64,000 bases of DNA. Origin: Moniliella sp. 'wahieum'. Lineage: Eukaryota. The notes under the pieces were generated by a model. That model ran no database searches. It was not told the DNA's origin and saw only the letters and a list, made by a program, of their open reading frames with translations. The first letter of the stretch is position 1. The number at the start of each line of letters is the position of its first letter. Location of the stretch: assembly GCA_003971905.1 (NCBI GenBank), contig RSEE01000021.1:682001-746000 (forward strand), in the 5' to 3' direction. Of this stretch, positions 1 through 13,213 are shown one piece after another. Position numbers and translations under genes: made by a program.

Positions 1-1300
1 GCGATGCAATCTCTCCTTGCTCTGTCCCTCTACCCCCCTGGGCTAGGCCTTGCCTTGGACAGGAGTGCCGTCTGCGCGTGTGCCGTGATCCGACCGACAC
101 GGCCATCTGCCGTCATCAATCCCCATCAGCCCCAGTTTGTCCGAGGTGGGCTGGCAAATCAAATCCCCCTGCGCTTCCGCCCCTCCTGTTCCGCCCTCCA
201 CCATCCACACGCGCTTTTCAGACGACGGATCGACGTCTTCTCCACCCGTTTTTTCCACCACCACCCCAGCATGCGTCTCTTCCCTCGCTGAGCACGCACA
301 GGCAGCCCGCCTCGGCCGCACCCACCGTACGTTCTTTGCTCTGCCCCGGCTCCCCTCTCGCCTTCATGATGAAGACACAGATAATCCATTCCCCGATCGG
401 GGGCGGAGCTGCGCGGAAGACAGATGTGCCCTTTGGGCCCCTGTCTTTGCGCACCTCAGCTGCCCAGGTGCTGGTGGACCCAGAGCCAACTGCGCTCAGG
501 CACGGCTCCTTGCTCTGTCCCTCCCCTCCTCCTTGCAGGAGGCGGAGGGCGGAGCAGGTGTGAGCCACCTGGGCTCAAGCGTTCTGGTATCCACTGGCCA
601 GGCTGGCGGCTGGGGCATGCAGCTCCGTCCCTGTGTGACGTGATCAATTCTCTCTGATTTCGTTTCGCTTTGCTTCGTTTTTCCTTGCTTTCCCTCCGCA
701 CTCGTGGGTGGCGGGTTCGTCGTGAGGTAGAGTTGCTGACGTTTTTTTTTGGCGGTTGCTGCTCAGATTGGCCGTTGCCCGCTTTTCTGTCTTGGTCCCC
801 TTCATATCCCACCCGATACCCCATCTTCTACCTGCGCACGCACGATTGCAATGACTGTCCCCTCTTGTGGGCAGCATCCCTTGTCGCACGTTGCCTGCTT
901 TTCCTGCCAGCTTGTAATTGTATTGTATTGTAGTGGATTGTGTTGTACTGCCTGCAGTCCATATGTAGCCGCCCCAGTAGCCATGCGAATCGTGCCTCGC
1001 CGCTGACATGGGACAAGCGACGGACGCAGGGCTGAGGACGGGGGAGGGTGGTGGATGGAGGGTTGCCTGGCCATTCACCTGTTTTTCTGCTGCGATCGGA
1101 CTGGTTCGCTACGGGCGAACGGGATCCGGACGGTGTGTGGAGAGTGCACGCAACCCTAGCAACGCCCGGCGTCCCACACTGGCGCCGTGCCAGCCCAGTG
1201 CTGTTGTCTTCTTGCTTGGCTCAGCTCCGCGCTTGGCAACCGCGTCCTCCTGCCCACCACCACCACCTCCACCACCACCACCCCACCACCACCACCCGCC

Positions 1301-4300
1301 ATGATCGACCTGCCGCGGATGCGCCCGCGCGCGCCCCGAGCTCCGGGCGCGCCCCCGCCCGGCCGCTGGCACGCCTCGCCGCTCGGCTGCCAGGCCGCGC
1401 CCTACACACCTCGGCCCCGCTCCGCACCCCCGCGCCGCCGACTCGCCTCGGCCGTCCTGGCGTCCCAGCACGCGTGTTGCCAGTGGCCACCGCCCCCACA
1501 GCGACATCTCCACCTTGGACCTCGAGCCCAGTGCGCCTCCCTCCGTCTCCGCCCCCTTCACCTCCACCTCCACCTTTGCCCGCTCCAGTCGCCGCCGCCA
1601 CCTGGCCTCGGACCTCGACCCCGCGTCCACGGCCCCTCCCAAGTCCAAGGCCAAGTCCAAGTCCCAGTCCAAGCCCCAGACCACTCCCAAGCCCACGTCC
1701 TACTTGGACTCGATCATGTCCGTCCTCTGGCCTTCGCGCTCCCGCCGTCGCACCCATTCCGCCGCGTTTGGACACGAATCTTACCCGGAGCCACCCGCGG
1801 CCGTCGCACCGCCCCCCACACCGGGACACGTGTCGGAGTCCATGTCCGCTGCGCCCTCCGGCGCGCAGACCTTGATGCCCGTCGCCTCGACGCCCATCGC
1901 GTCCCGCCCGCACATCTCCTTTAGCCAGTGGGCAACACGAGCGCGGCCGAGGTGAGTGCGTCGGTAGGCTATGGCCCCGTCGGTGCTCGCATCCCTTCTC
2001 GGTCGGCTTGGAGCGGAATCGAGGCCCAGGCCCTCGCTGAGGCCGATGCTGAAGAAGAGCAAGAGCAGCAGCAGCACCACCAGCAGCAGCAGCAGCAGCA
2101 ACAGCCACATGATCTGAAGCACCACCCTGACGTGCCTCTCGACACGGAGCCCAGCTTCACTCTGGACGAGGCGAGCGAAAGCCGAGAGAACACTTATGCG
2201 CTGCTCAGCCAGTTTTTCCAAGAAAAGGCATCGGGCCCCGCGGGATCCCAGCCGCTGAGCGAGGGAGTGGGCTGGATGCAAAGAACTGATGCAGCAGTGC
2301 TACGCCTCCTCCCTCTCCACGTCCACGGCTACCTCTGGGGCGCATGCGCACGAGGGATCGGCAGGCATGCCGACGCAGAATGTCCTTCCGCGTTCAGTCT
2401 CGTCCGTTGCGTCACGGCCTTCTACCCTCCCGACTGCCACGCCCGCCGCGCCCACCGCTGCCTCCCGCTCGACCACCGTACCACGCGCAACCCGCCCACC
2501 ACACGCCCAACACGCAAGGTCACCATCTACACCCTCCCGGGACAGCGCAGGCGTGCGACAGCTACCGTCCGTTCGCTCGGGGCCAAAGCCGAGCCGGGCC
2601 GCGCTAGTGTTCACCCCGTACCGTCCTCCAGGCGTGTACGGCGCGGTGCCGGACACGCAGCCTGCGGCCAAACGGCCCCGGTTGCGCGAGGTCGAGGACG
2701 ACGCGCCCGAATCCGACCCCCGTTACGGTTCTCCCGCCTGCACCTGCGTCTGCATCTGCGTTTGCGTCTGCGTCTGCGCCTGCCACAGCCAAGCAGGAGA
2801 CGGCTAACCCTGCCTTCCACCCGGGCTCTTCCTCCCCGCCTCCCAAACCCAAGCCGGCCAAACGGTCGTTGGTCGCTTCGACCATCAAGGACTTGCTCGC
2901 GGAGAATCCGTTGCCGGAAGACCATGTGGCTCGCGCTCGTGCCGCCATGACTAATCCGTATGCCGCCCTGGCCCCCTCCGCCGGACCGACGCAGGCCACT
3001 GACGCGTCTGCGTCGGAGGACGCGTCGAAGCGCGTGCAACGCATGTTGGAGAAGCAGAAGAAAGCTCTGAAAGAACGCCATGCCAAGAAACATGCTGCTC
3101 CTTCCGCTTCCGCTTCGGGTTCGGCTTCGGATGAGGATTCTTCGGCCCGCAAGGATGCGGGGCAGGACTTGGTCGCGTTGATCCAGCAGACGGCGCAACA
3201 AACCCGACAAGGCAAGTCAGGCAAGAAAAGCCAACCAAGCAAGGTAGGCAAATCGAGCCAGTCAAGTCAACCGACCCACGCGTCCACCGATACCGCCCCC
3301 GAGCCCGGTCCCACCCACAAAGCGCGTAGCCCCAGCCCGAGCCGCAGCCCTACCCGTCGCTCGGCACATTGGACCTCCTCTATCCCGCGCCACTCGTCGC
3401 CGTTGAAACATGCCTCGCTCGCTGACTCGTCCCTCTCCCTCTCCACCTCCGCTTCGGCTTCGGCTTCCGTTTCCCTCGCTGACGATAGCTCGACTTTCCC
3501 CGCCTCTGGATCTGGATCGGGCTCGAGCGCCTCTGTCGCTCCGCCCTCTGCGGCGTTCACCTTCACTCCTCCCGTCTCGGTCTCAGCCCCCGCGCCGGCC
3601 CCCAAACCGTCGTCCCAGCTTGCCCCCTCGGCCGCCAAACCCACATTTTCGTTCCAGACCGCCCAGCCGGCAGAGCCCACCCGAAACCCACATTTTCGTT
3701 CCAGACGGCTCAGCCGGCAGAGCCCACCCGAAACCCACTTTTCGTTCCAGACGGCTCAGCAGAGCCCACGCCGAAACCCAGCTTTTCGTTCCAGACGGCT
3801 CAGCCAGCAGGGCCCACCCCGAAACCGAGCTTTTCGTTCCAGATGCCCAAGCCCACGCCCAAGCCGGTCGAACCAACCGCGGCTGGGACCGCGGTGCCGT
3901 CCGAGCCGCCCACTGCCACCCCAAAGGCGCAGTCTAGCTCCTCCTTTGGACTGGTGACCGTACCGCTGGCGCCGGTTACTTCCTCGCATCCGGTTCCGGA
4001 CCCTGCAGCAACCAGCCCGCGCCGCACGCGCTCACCCACACGTACACTCGCACGCACACCCCAGCAACTCGTACGGGACAAACCTGCGTCGACGTTGCCG
4101 GCGTTTGACCTGGGCCTCCCTCTGTCTGGTGGTGGGGGCGCTGGTGGAAGCGCACAGCCGCCTCGCTCCCCAGCGGAAAAGGCTGCGATCGACGTGGCTT
4201 TGGCCACTCCCCCGGCCAAGTTGCCCTCGTTTGCCTTGGATCCTACGCCCAATCTTACTTCTCTTCCGGCCCCGTCGGCCCCTGCTGCCATCCCACCTCC

Positions 4301-5471
4301 GGCTGCCTCGGACCCGACACCCTCGGACACGACGGCCGCGGAGGCCAGTACGCCCGTGGACGGCGAGGAGGGCGAGCGGACTCTGGGGGAGGCACGGGTG
4401 AAAGCGATGTGCATGGATGATGGCAAATGGAGCGTGGTGGGCGTAGGCCTGTTCCGTGTCACTCGCCACCTCGAGACGGGTCGCACACGCGCCCTGATGC
4501 GCTCCGAAGGTAACAATAATGTCCTCATTGTACGTACTTGATTTTCTTTCTGCCTCGCCTTGCTCCCTGTTTTGTTTTGTTTGTTTTTGTTTGGGTGTTG
4601 GTGCGAGTTGCGTGGTGTGCGTGTGTGTATGTGCCAAGCTAACTTATTCTATTCTACTCTTCCCTGCCCTTCCCTGCCGCCCTTTTCTTTCTTTTCTTTT
4701 GATTTCCTTTGCCTTGCCCTCGACCTTTGCTTTGCGCCTGGGATAGAACTTTGCCCTGTACCCCGACTTGACCGTTCGCGTGGACAAGGTCGCCTTGTCG
4801 TTTGTCGGGTACGACCAGCAGGGCAAGATGACCCAGTACCGTCTTCGCGTCAAAACCCCCGCCGAGGCCAAGTCGCTCCAGACGGCGTTGCTCGATGGCG
4901 CCAAGACCAAGAAGGGTCCCTCGGACTCTGAGCGGTACAACCCCTGCACCTGCGTCTGCGTCGGCATCTGCATCTGCGTCGGCACCTGCCTCTGCATCTG
5001 CTCAACCGGCTGCATCAGCTGCGAAGGCAGCACCTGTCCCGTCCTCGGCTCCTCCGACTGCTCCTGCCGCTTCCGCCGAGCCGGCGGCGACGAATGGCTC
5101 TCCTGCCGCTGCCGCGCCTGGTCAGAGGAGGGGGTGGAGGACGAGCAGGATACAGGCGTGGTGGAAGAAGTGCGGACGAAGGTGTTCAAGCTGGCCGGGT
5201 CGGCATGGGAGAACGTAGGGGTAGGAATGATGAAGGTGACGGTGCTGCCGGATCGGGGCAGGCTCGGTTACTGCTCCGATCTGAGCCGGCCAACCATGTG
5301 CTGGTGAACTTTTTGCTCTACCGCGGCATGGAACCTAAACTGGAAGGTAAGGTGGTTACGTTCCTCGGCCACGAGGGCACCACCCCTGTTGCGTACCGCG
5401 TTCGCGTCATGTCTGTCCCCGATGGCCGCAAGCTGGTCCAGGCGATCGAGACGCATGTGCCCCACGAGTAG
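1301..5471 (+). CDS. Nuclear-basket nucleoporin: Nup60-like N-terminal motifs, FSF repeats, two C-terminal RanBP1-type Ran-binding domains (frameshifted in this assembly; intron 4530-4746)
   Basis: NTYALLSQFFQEK...QPLSE near 2190-2265; repeated KPxFSFQ; RanBD1 ARVKAMCMDDGKWSVVGVGLFRVTRHLETGRTRALMRSEGNNNVLI|NFALYPDL...YRLRVKT; RanBD2 VRTKVFKLAGSAWENVGVGMMKV...RLLLRSEPANHVLVNFLLY...YRVRV; the GTACGT..TAG intron restores frame. Start codon uncertain. Confidence 0.75.
3637..3845 (+). repeat. Coding tandem repeat, ~5 x 43-48 nt (KPTFSFQTAQPAEPTP-like)
   Basis: AAACCCACATTTTCGTTCCAGAC...CAGAGCCCACCCG recurs five times with variants; non-triplet unit lengths are probably sequencing deletions. Confidence 0.9.
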
Positions 5472-5808
5472 CCAGCCGCCAGCTGCTCCCGCGTTTTTTT
5501 TCCCCGAGGTTTGCTGGGTGGATTCAAGCGATGATGGATGGGATGTGCCCTCAATTGGTCAAAGAAGTGGTGGTCAGGTAGACAGGTAGACAGATGGACT
5601 GGCCCGTAGTCTCTCTCTCACAGCCGATGCGAGTCGCGACGCGGCGATTGGGAGGGCCGTGTGGGACCAAGGATGGAATCGCTTAGGATAGGATAGGATA
5701 AGATAGGATCGGATTCTTGCAAGTTATAGTCACTCGCCGGCACGCGACGCGACACCCGCCCGCCGCCACCACCGCTTCCGCCGGCCTCCTTCTCGGCCGC
5801 CGTCTGCC

Positions 5809-8800
5809 ATGGCCGACTCGTCGTCGCTGCCGCCGTGGCTAGCTGCAGCCCTCGCAGCGCCAGCCAGACCTCTCCCGATCCCACCTCGCCCTCTGCCGCG
5901 CCCCGCCCGCAGGCCCACCACTGCCCAAGTCCAAGTCGCCTGCGCCGGCCCCGGCGCTCCCCCACCCCGGGCCCGATCCCGGCGGCGGACCCGCCGAGGC
6001 GCACGCTGGCATCGACGTCGACAACCACATCGCCCTCAACCCGCCATCGACGACGACATTGATATTGACGTCGATGCCGACGACGACCTCATCCTCGCGC
6101 ACCTCCCGTCTCCGCCGCCTTGCCACTCCGACTCGGACGACCAGTACTACGTCCAACGATCCGATGGCCGCAAGCGCGGTCTGTCCCGCCACCCTTCCTT
6201 TCCCGCCTCGGACTCGCCCGATGAGCCGAGGAGCCCGATGAGATTGATCTCCCCACCACGCCTTCCCGCCCGCCTCGGCTCGCTTCGTCCCCGATCCGCA
6301 GCCCGGTTGCGACCCCCGCGCTCCTTCGACCGACGAGATTGAAGGTAGCCCTGAGGCGCAGAGCGTGGGCGGGATGGGCGAGCAGCAGGGCCAACCGGAA
6401 GACGATGAAGACGAAGACGATGTCATGGTGATGCTGATGATGGCAGGGATCATGAAACGCTCAGGGAGGGGGAAAAGAACAACGAGAAACGTGGTGGACG
6501 AGGCCGAGGAAGAGGAGGAAGAGGAGGAGGACGATGACGACGACGACGACGACGACGATTATGACGACGAAGGCTATGACGTGACCACTAAGTTCCCTCC
6601 CCGCCAGGCCGGACGCGCGACGCTCCGTTCGGTGCCCGGCCAGCGCCGACCGCGCACTGCTCAAGTGGGTCAACTGCGTCGGCGCGGCACCCGCCGGTAC
6701 TCCACTCCTCTCACCACCTCTACCTCTACCTCCACACGCACCCTCCGCTTGCACCTGGCCGAATGGGCAGAGAACAAGTCGCCCCCCCCGTCCGGCGGGA
6801 TACACCTAAGGCGGCCAAACCGTCCGGGAAGACCTCACGCCTGGTGGATCTTGTTCAGAAGAGAAGGAGGGCAGCGCGGGAATTCCAGGCAGCAGCAGCA
6901 GCAGCAGCAGCGAGCGACCGCGACCGCGACCGCGAATGCCAAAGCGGTGCCCCACCTTCTCGCTGCCGATACCAAGGGCGTGACGACGGCCTGGGGCGCC
7001 CGCATGATGGGATTGTTGGAGGACGATGGCGACCAATGCCCGGGACGCAGGACCTGTTTCGTTCTGTCCCGGTTCGGGATCCGGACCTGCCCAGGTCCAA
7101 GGTCAAGCTGTCGCCTTATCGAGACCCTTCGGCGTTGCCCCACCCGTCTGCCTTCTTTTCCGATTCCGAGCCCGAGGACAGCATGGACACGCAGCACCCA
7201 AAACGCTCCGCGAGGCCCAAGGGGCTTGTCAAACACAAGGTACCGTTTCCTTCTGGGCTTTGGCTTTGGCTTTGGCTTGCCTCCCCTCCCATCTACTGAC
7301 ACCTTCCCCAGACTTCTCTCTTCGCGAACCGGACGAGACAGACGAAGCGCTGCGCGGGGATGCACCCCACAAGATGGACGCAACGCGCAGCGTGGCGCAT
7401 GCGCTCGAGACCCAGTCGCGCCGCAGGGAACCCCCCACGTTTGGCGGCAGGCTGCACGAAGCGATCCAAGCGGGGCCTCCCAAGCTCGCTCGGCCCGAGT
7501 CCAAATCGGTCCCACGCGGATCTCGGCCCTGCCAAACGCCCCCACGAGCCGGACGGACCACCTGTGGACACGAGCGAAAACAGCATCGCAGCGCTGACTA
7601 CGGATCGGTCGCGGAAGGACGAGTGGGACGACGAGGCAAGTGATGTCGACACGCCGCCTTCGACCTGGAGCTCAAACGCCAACGCCAAGGAGACCAAAAA
7701 GGAAAAGGCAAAGGAAGGCAACGGACAAAGGGCAAAGCCAAGGGGCAGGGACAGGGAAAATCAAATGATGGACGTCAAGCGTCCCTTCACTATAGCTTCT
7801 CGTTCGGCTCGTATCTCCTCTCCTCACGCACCCGGCGAGGACGCGGACGCGGACGAGGACGAGGACGATGAGATCGAGCCTGTTCACGTCGCGCAGCCCC
7901 ACCGGATCCAGAATAAGCGCGGCCTGCTGGGCGAACGTCTCTGGGGCGATCCAAGCTTTCTCCACCCCCAAAACACAACCACAACCACAACCACAACCAC
8001 AACCACAACCACAACCACAACCACAAACCCACCTCACCGCCCCCAAGCAAGCTTGACTTGCAGCTCGCCCGCCAGCCCGCTCGGTTTGCTCCGCCCAAGG
8101 CCCAACCCTTATCCCGCGCCTTCCGCGCCAGGAAGCCGGTCCTGCAAATGGCCACGCCGGGATCGCTGCCGTCGACATCTTGGTCGGTGGCGCCGGCGCC
8201 GATGCGGCGCACCGCGACCGGACCGACGCGCGTACGAGCGGGCGGAGGCAGGCACGCACCCACGCCGCTTTGTCCCGCCTCCCCAGTCCTTTGTCGCTCC
8301 CATCGAGCAGGATGGCGAGAGTGGCAGCGAGGATGGGTTGGATCACGAAGACGAGCAGAGTGGGGCGCCAGGTCCACTCCCCTGCCCCGGCACTGAATCG
8401 TCCCGCCCAGGACGAAAAGTTGGATTCGGACCGAGTTGAGCCCGATCCCCTCCCCACCACCTTGGCGGGCCAGCGACGACGACATGGACGATCTGGCTAC
8501 CACCCGGATGCCGCCCCCACTGCGCCGGTACCGCCCTGCCATCCCATCCGATTCCGATGACGATCGCATCGAGAGCAGTAAGGTGTTGGCCAAGCAGACC
8601 CAATCGTCCCGCGGCGGATCTGTGTCCCCACCAAGTCGCGGCCTGGATCCCACGGAACACGTGCTGGCCCAAGCGTCGTTGCCGCCATCGCAAGCGTCCT
8701 ACCTGCGCAGCCAGAGCGATTTCCCCCCGCCGGGCCAGACGCGCATGGCGCCGCAGCGGAATGGGATGCCACCCGCGTCGCGAGCCGGTGCGAGCGCGAA

Positions 8801-9602
8801 CATGAGCGCGAACACGGGCGAGCCGAGTGGGTCCCAAGCCGTCGACACGCAGACTGATCAAGCGCTCGGCCTCGAGGTGGAGTCGGACGCGCCGCTGTCC
8901 CAGCCAGGTACGGCTACCCCGATGCCCACCCAGGCCTGGACCCAGGCCACGGACCTCTTCCTCCCCGACTCGGCCCCACTGCCCTTCGTCGGCCCACAGC
9001 GTCCCTCGTCCGTCTTGGCTGGCTCTGACGCCACTCCGGCCGGGCTGAGCCAGTTCTTTGCTTCGACCCAGGCCTCGAGCCAGGGTCAGCGCGGCCCGGT
9101 ACGCCGTCGCGACTGCCCGAGGCGGGCGGGCATGCGGTCGACCAACCTGGGGATGGAAGGACAGGTGGCGCGCCGCGTTCCCCACCTCATCCCACCCAGA
9201 CCCCACCATCCCCATCCCCGCCCACGTCCCAGATCCCGACGCGGTCACCAAGGCAGACAAACTCAAGACCCAAAGCAAGCTCACTTCCACGCCAAAACCA
9301 AAAGCAAGACCAGTTCCGCGTCGAAGACGACCCAGCCTGGTGCGAGCAAGGAGGTCGATGGGTTTGCCGCGCCTGCGCGCGTACCAGCACGCCGGGGCCG
9401 AGTGGGACGACGATCTGCTGCCTGCATCGCGACGTGGCAGGCGGAGCGGTACGAGGCTGAAGCTGAGGACGCAGAAGCACCGCGTCTGGCCGAACGAAGG
9501 GCACTGCTACAGTCGCCACAAATGTACATGAACCAACATGGTCTCTACACCCAAACCAAGCCCGAGGACGACGATCCAGACACCTCCCCTTTTCCTCGTT
9601 AG
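5809..9602 (+). CDS. Hypothetical low-complexity (P/S/D/E-rich) protein, multiply frameshifted
   Basis: Chain of overlapping + strand ORFs (5809, 6365, 7360, 8436) with acidic runs and SQ/TQ-rich segments; no family recognised. Confidence 0.4.
7975..8025 (+). repeat. (ACAACC)8 hexamer microsatellite
   Basis: Read directly from the sequence. Confidence 0.95.
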
Positions 9603-9792
9603 CCAGCCCAGCCCCTCCGCACCCGCCCATCACCACGCGCCCGCGTCGGCCTTGCGCCGTCGTCGCCGCCCTCGTCTGGGCCGACACGTCGGTCGAAGTG
9701 GATGAGGCAGAGGCGGACGCGGAAGCGTCGCTGGTGCCATTGCCGTTGCCGTTACCGTCGGATGCGGCACAACAACGAGTGTGCTAGCCGCC

Positions 9793-11532
9793 ATGGACAG
9801 CGACGGTTCTCAGCCACAGAAGCAGCGGGTGAACAGCCGCGCGGCAGTAGCGCCGCCACCGTGGCAACGAAAACTAACGCTGGATGGCGCCAACGCTGAC
9901 GTGGACCCGGGTGCAATCCGAGGCGCAGGCTCAGGAGGTGGTGACCTCGACACCCACGCCGTCCCGTTCCAGGCTGGCCATCGGGACCCCAGTGAGCAGG
10001 AACACAACGGTGCGCCCCCTGCCCCTTGTTCCTCCTCCAGCTCCTACCCTGTTCTTTCGTGCGGCTCCCCCGTGCCCTCGCTCCAACCCAGGAGGAGAGG
10101 GGCGGTGTGCGCGTGGAGCGGTCGGTGCACCGGCTTGGAACCGAGCGGACCCGTCAGGACGTCGCCGTCGCTTGGTCTGGACACGCTGGGGGACCGGACA
10201 CGGGGCGAGGTATGCGAACCCCCTAACCCGCCCGTTCGCATTTCATTGTCCCATCCGTCTTATTGGACCAAGCTAGGATCGGGAGCGCTGGGCCGATCCA
10301 GCTGCGTGGGAGGCGGAGCAAGCTCGGCCATCCGACGAGGATGTGGCTGTCCCCTTCCAGAGGAGAACGCCAAGCGCACACGGTACGATGGCCTGGGCGA
10401 AGAGCGAAGAGCATGAGGCCCAATCGCAGCACGTGGGACGATGGGCTGGCACAGAAAAAAGTGCGCCATGTGCGTGCGGGCAAAGGCGCAGAGAGTAGGC
10501 CATGCAGTAGGCCTTGCTTGGCCATGCCGTAGGCAATGCACGAGGGGCAAACGTCGTGGCGCACGCGACGACCCACCGTCCTTTCTGCTTACGCTTTCCT
10601 CTTCCACGGGCCGCACCGAGCGGGGTGGAGAGTGGAGTTGTGGAAGCGGTGCGAGCAGCGGGCACAGACCCAAACGATCCCGTCGGCTGCTCCTCACGTC
10701 CCCACGTGCTTGGCATGTCTCGCCAGTGGCATGCGTGGTGCGCACGCGCTTCCCGTCGCTCGCAGGGGCGTTCCTGTGTCGGAAGAGAAGTGTTGCTCTC
10801 GGGACATTTCTGGACCATCTGCCTTAGGCCTCACCGAGGAGACTCCATCTGTGCCTGGCGTGGTTTGGCGCAGCGTGGCATGAAGACGAGTGCTCCGTCA
10901 GGCGACGCAACGCAAGGTAAAGCAAACCAGAATAGATCCCCAAGAACGCACGAATCCAGTGGTTTCCACCTTGGAGAGATTGATTCATGACGTGGGCGGG
11001 TGCAGTATTATGTACGCCTTGGCTTCGCCGCGCGTCGCGCCCCCGTTGGCGGACGCGTTCCTGTCGATGGCGGGCGGGGTGAGGACGCCAGGCGCCCACG
11101 AGGGTGAAGTTGATGTTGCAAGCCCCGCTCCGTCCCGCCGAGGTCCTCGCTATCCAGCAACGCATCTATCTCCACCCGCCCGGCCGTCATGACCACAACG
11201 TTTCCGTGGGCGGCCTCATTGGGCCCTTGCCAGCACTGCTGCGCCCTTCCTTCCCCTGTCCCTCTTCTGGCCCGATCCGTTGCGCTCCCTACTCCCATTC
11301 CTCAACGGACTGTGTGTTGAGGAAGTCATCTTGCCGCCCGTCGGCGCTTCCGTGCGCTCGTTCGTGTTGGTCGCAGGCAGGATGGACGGGCGGGCTATGC
11401 CTGCCTTTGCTCAACTCGAGCTGTGCTGTTCTGTGCCCCCCCTCCCCCCGGTCTCTCTCTCTCGCATCGTGTTTCCATCCTGCCCCCTCTCTCTCTCGCA
11501 TTATGCACCCCATCCCTGCTTACTACAGTTGA
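9793..11532 (+). CDS. Possible hypothetical protein (fragments only)
   Basis: Protein-like segments in successive + frames (VVSTLERLIHDVGGCSIMYALAS; LMLQAPLRPAEVLAIQQRIYLH; LLPFLNGLCVEEVILPP); no family recognised and boundaries uncertain. Confidence 0.25.
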
Positions 11533-11622
11533 AGGTTGGCCGCGTAGGAAGCTCAGATGGCTGGTCAAAAGCAACAGATATCAATTCATATGCCATGCCA
11601 GCACCACCGAGCAGTGCATCCC

Positions 11623-12633
11623 TTAGCTCATCTGCACCGCCTTTTGCGCCAAGGCCTGCTGTCTGGCAGCCAGGACTAGGTCCACCACCGCCTGCACCCG
11701 TCACGCGACTTGACCGCCGTGAACACGGTGGGCGCACCGTCGCGCATCGTCGACGCATCCCGCGCCATCACACTCAAGTCGGCCCCGACCAGCGGTGCCA
11801 GATCAATCTTGTTGATCACCAATACATCCGCTTGCGAAATCCCCGGACCGCCTTTACGCGGCACCTTGTCGCCCCGGCCACGTCAATCACTGTGTGTCGT
11901 TCGTACCGTCAGCACATGCAAGCTTCCCACCTAACCCTCGGAGATACGGTACGTTGCCCCCCCCCCTCCGGCGCTGTCTATCAGACGCTCTCCGTACGGG
12001 CGCCTAACCCCCCACTCCAAGCAAGCATGGGGGGGAGAGGGAGGCCAAGAAACCAAAGAGAAAGAAAGAGAAAACGTACCATAAATGTGAAAGTCGGCCA
12101 GCTCGACACTAAACGCGGCCGCCAAGTTGTCCCCGCCCGACTCGACAAAGAGCAGGTTGGTGTCGAACTGGGCATGGAGCCGTTCGAGCGCAGCCAAGTT
12201 GGCACTGACGTCTTCGCGGATCGCAGCATGGGCACCCGCCCGTTTCGACCGCCGCAATGCGTTCGGGGGGTGAGGGCAGCGTGCATGGTCAAAAACTCGG
12301 CGTCTTCGCGCGTAAAGATATCGTTGGTCACGACGCGAGACTGTTCGTGTCGCGCAACGCCTCGCACAGCGCCAGCAGCAGCGCCGTCTTGCCACTGCCG
12401 ACGGGGCCGCCAATGCCGACGGTGAACGCACGCTCGGAAAAGTCGCGCGAACGCCAATCGGGCACAGAGCGCTCGGTAAACTTGCCGGGGTGCTCGAGGA
12501 CCTCGTGGGTGTGGCCGTGCTCGCCGCCGTGCTCGTGGGAGTGGCCGTGGCCGTGGGAGTGGTCGTGGGTGGGGCCGCGGGAGTGGAAGAGGCCGGCGGT
12601 GATGGGGGCGCCCGAGGAGAAGTTGCAGCTCAT
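11623..12633 (-). CDS. ureG: Urease accessory GTPase UreG, eukaryotic type with His-rich N-terminus (intron 11890-12079)
   Basis: [40 protein letters not shown] (P-loop); [36 protein letters not shown]; spliced [29 protein letters not shown]. Confidence 0.95.
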
Positions 12634-13213
12634 GGGGGGCAGACGACGGACGAGGCGGTGGGGGTTAGAGTTAGAGGGAGCTTCGGGGTGCGCCGCCGTG
12701 CACGGACCCTGCGCGCGGAATCGCGGCGCGCGGGCACGGCGGAATGGCAGCGTGTCCGGCATGCGTCCCGGCCGCGCCGGACGGTCGTCGGCACCCGCAG
12801 CACCGCCATGGCCATCGCCATCGCCATCGCCACCATCCACATCCATCCCCCATCCATCCATACCCCCTCCTCCACCTCTACCTCCCGCTGCGTCTCGCGC
12901 GCCGCCTGGCCACCCCTCCTTCCGGCCTGCTCGACGGGGCGATGCGCTGGACATGTACGTAGCAGGTTGGCCTGCGTCCCCGGCGCCAATCGTGCCAATC
13001 ACATGGAATGCCGTGTCTGGCGTCGACTGCGCCCGCACACAGACAGGTAGCCCCCATCCACAGACCCTCTGGTAGAGCCCATCGTCATTGCCGTCACGGG
13101 CACGTCCGACTGCGGTGCGAACGGGCGCACGAGCGCAACGGCCACGTGGCACCCCGCCTCGTCGCTCGGGCACCCCCGCTGCCACCGTTGGCTGCGCACC
13201 ACCGTCGCCAAGG

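Noticed and set aside
1..1010. Possible minus-strand gene running off the left edge
   Set aside because: Short protein-like frames exist but no family, start or splice model could be supported.
4929..5115. Cys-rich ORF text (CTCVCVGICIC...) suggesting a metallothionein
   Set aside because: It is the off-frame reading of an (AS/AP)n hexamer linker in the nucleoporin; the same artefact occurs at 2740-2785.
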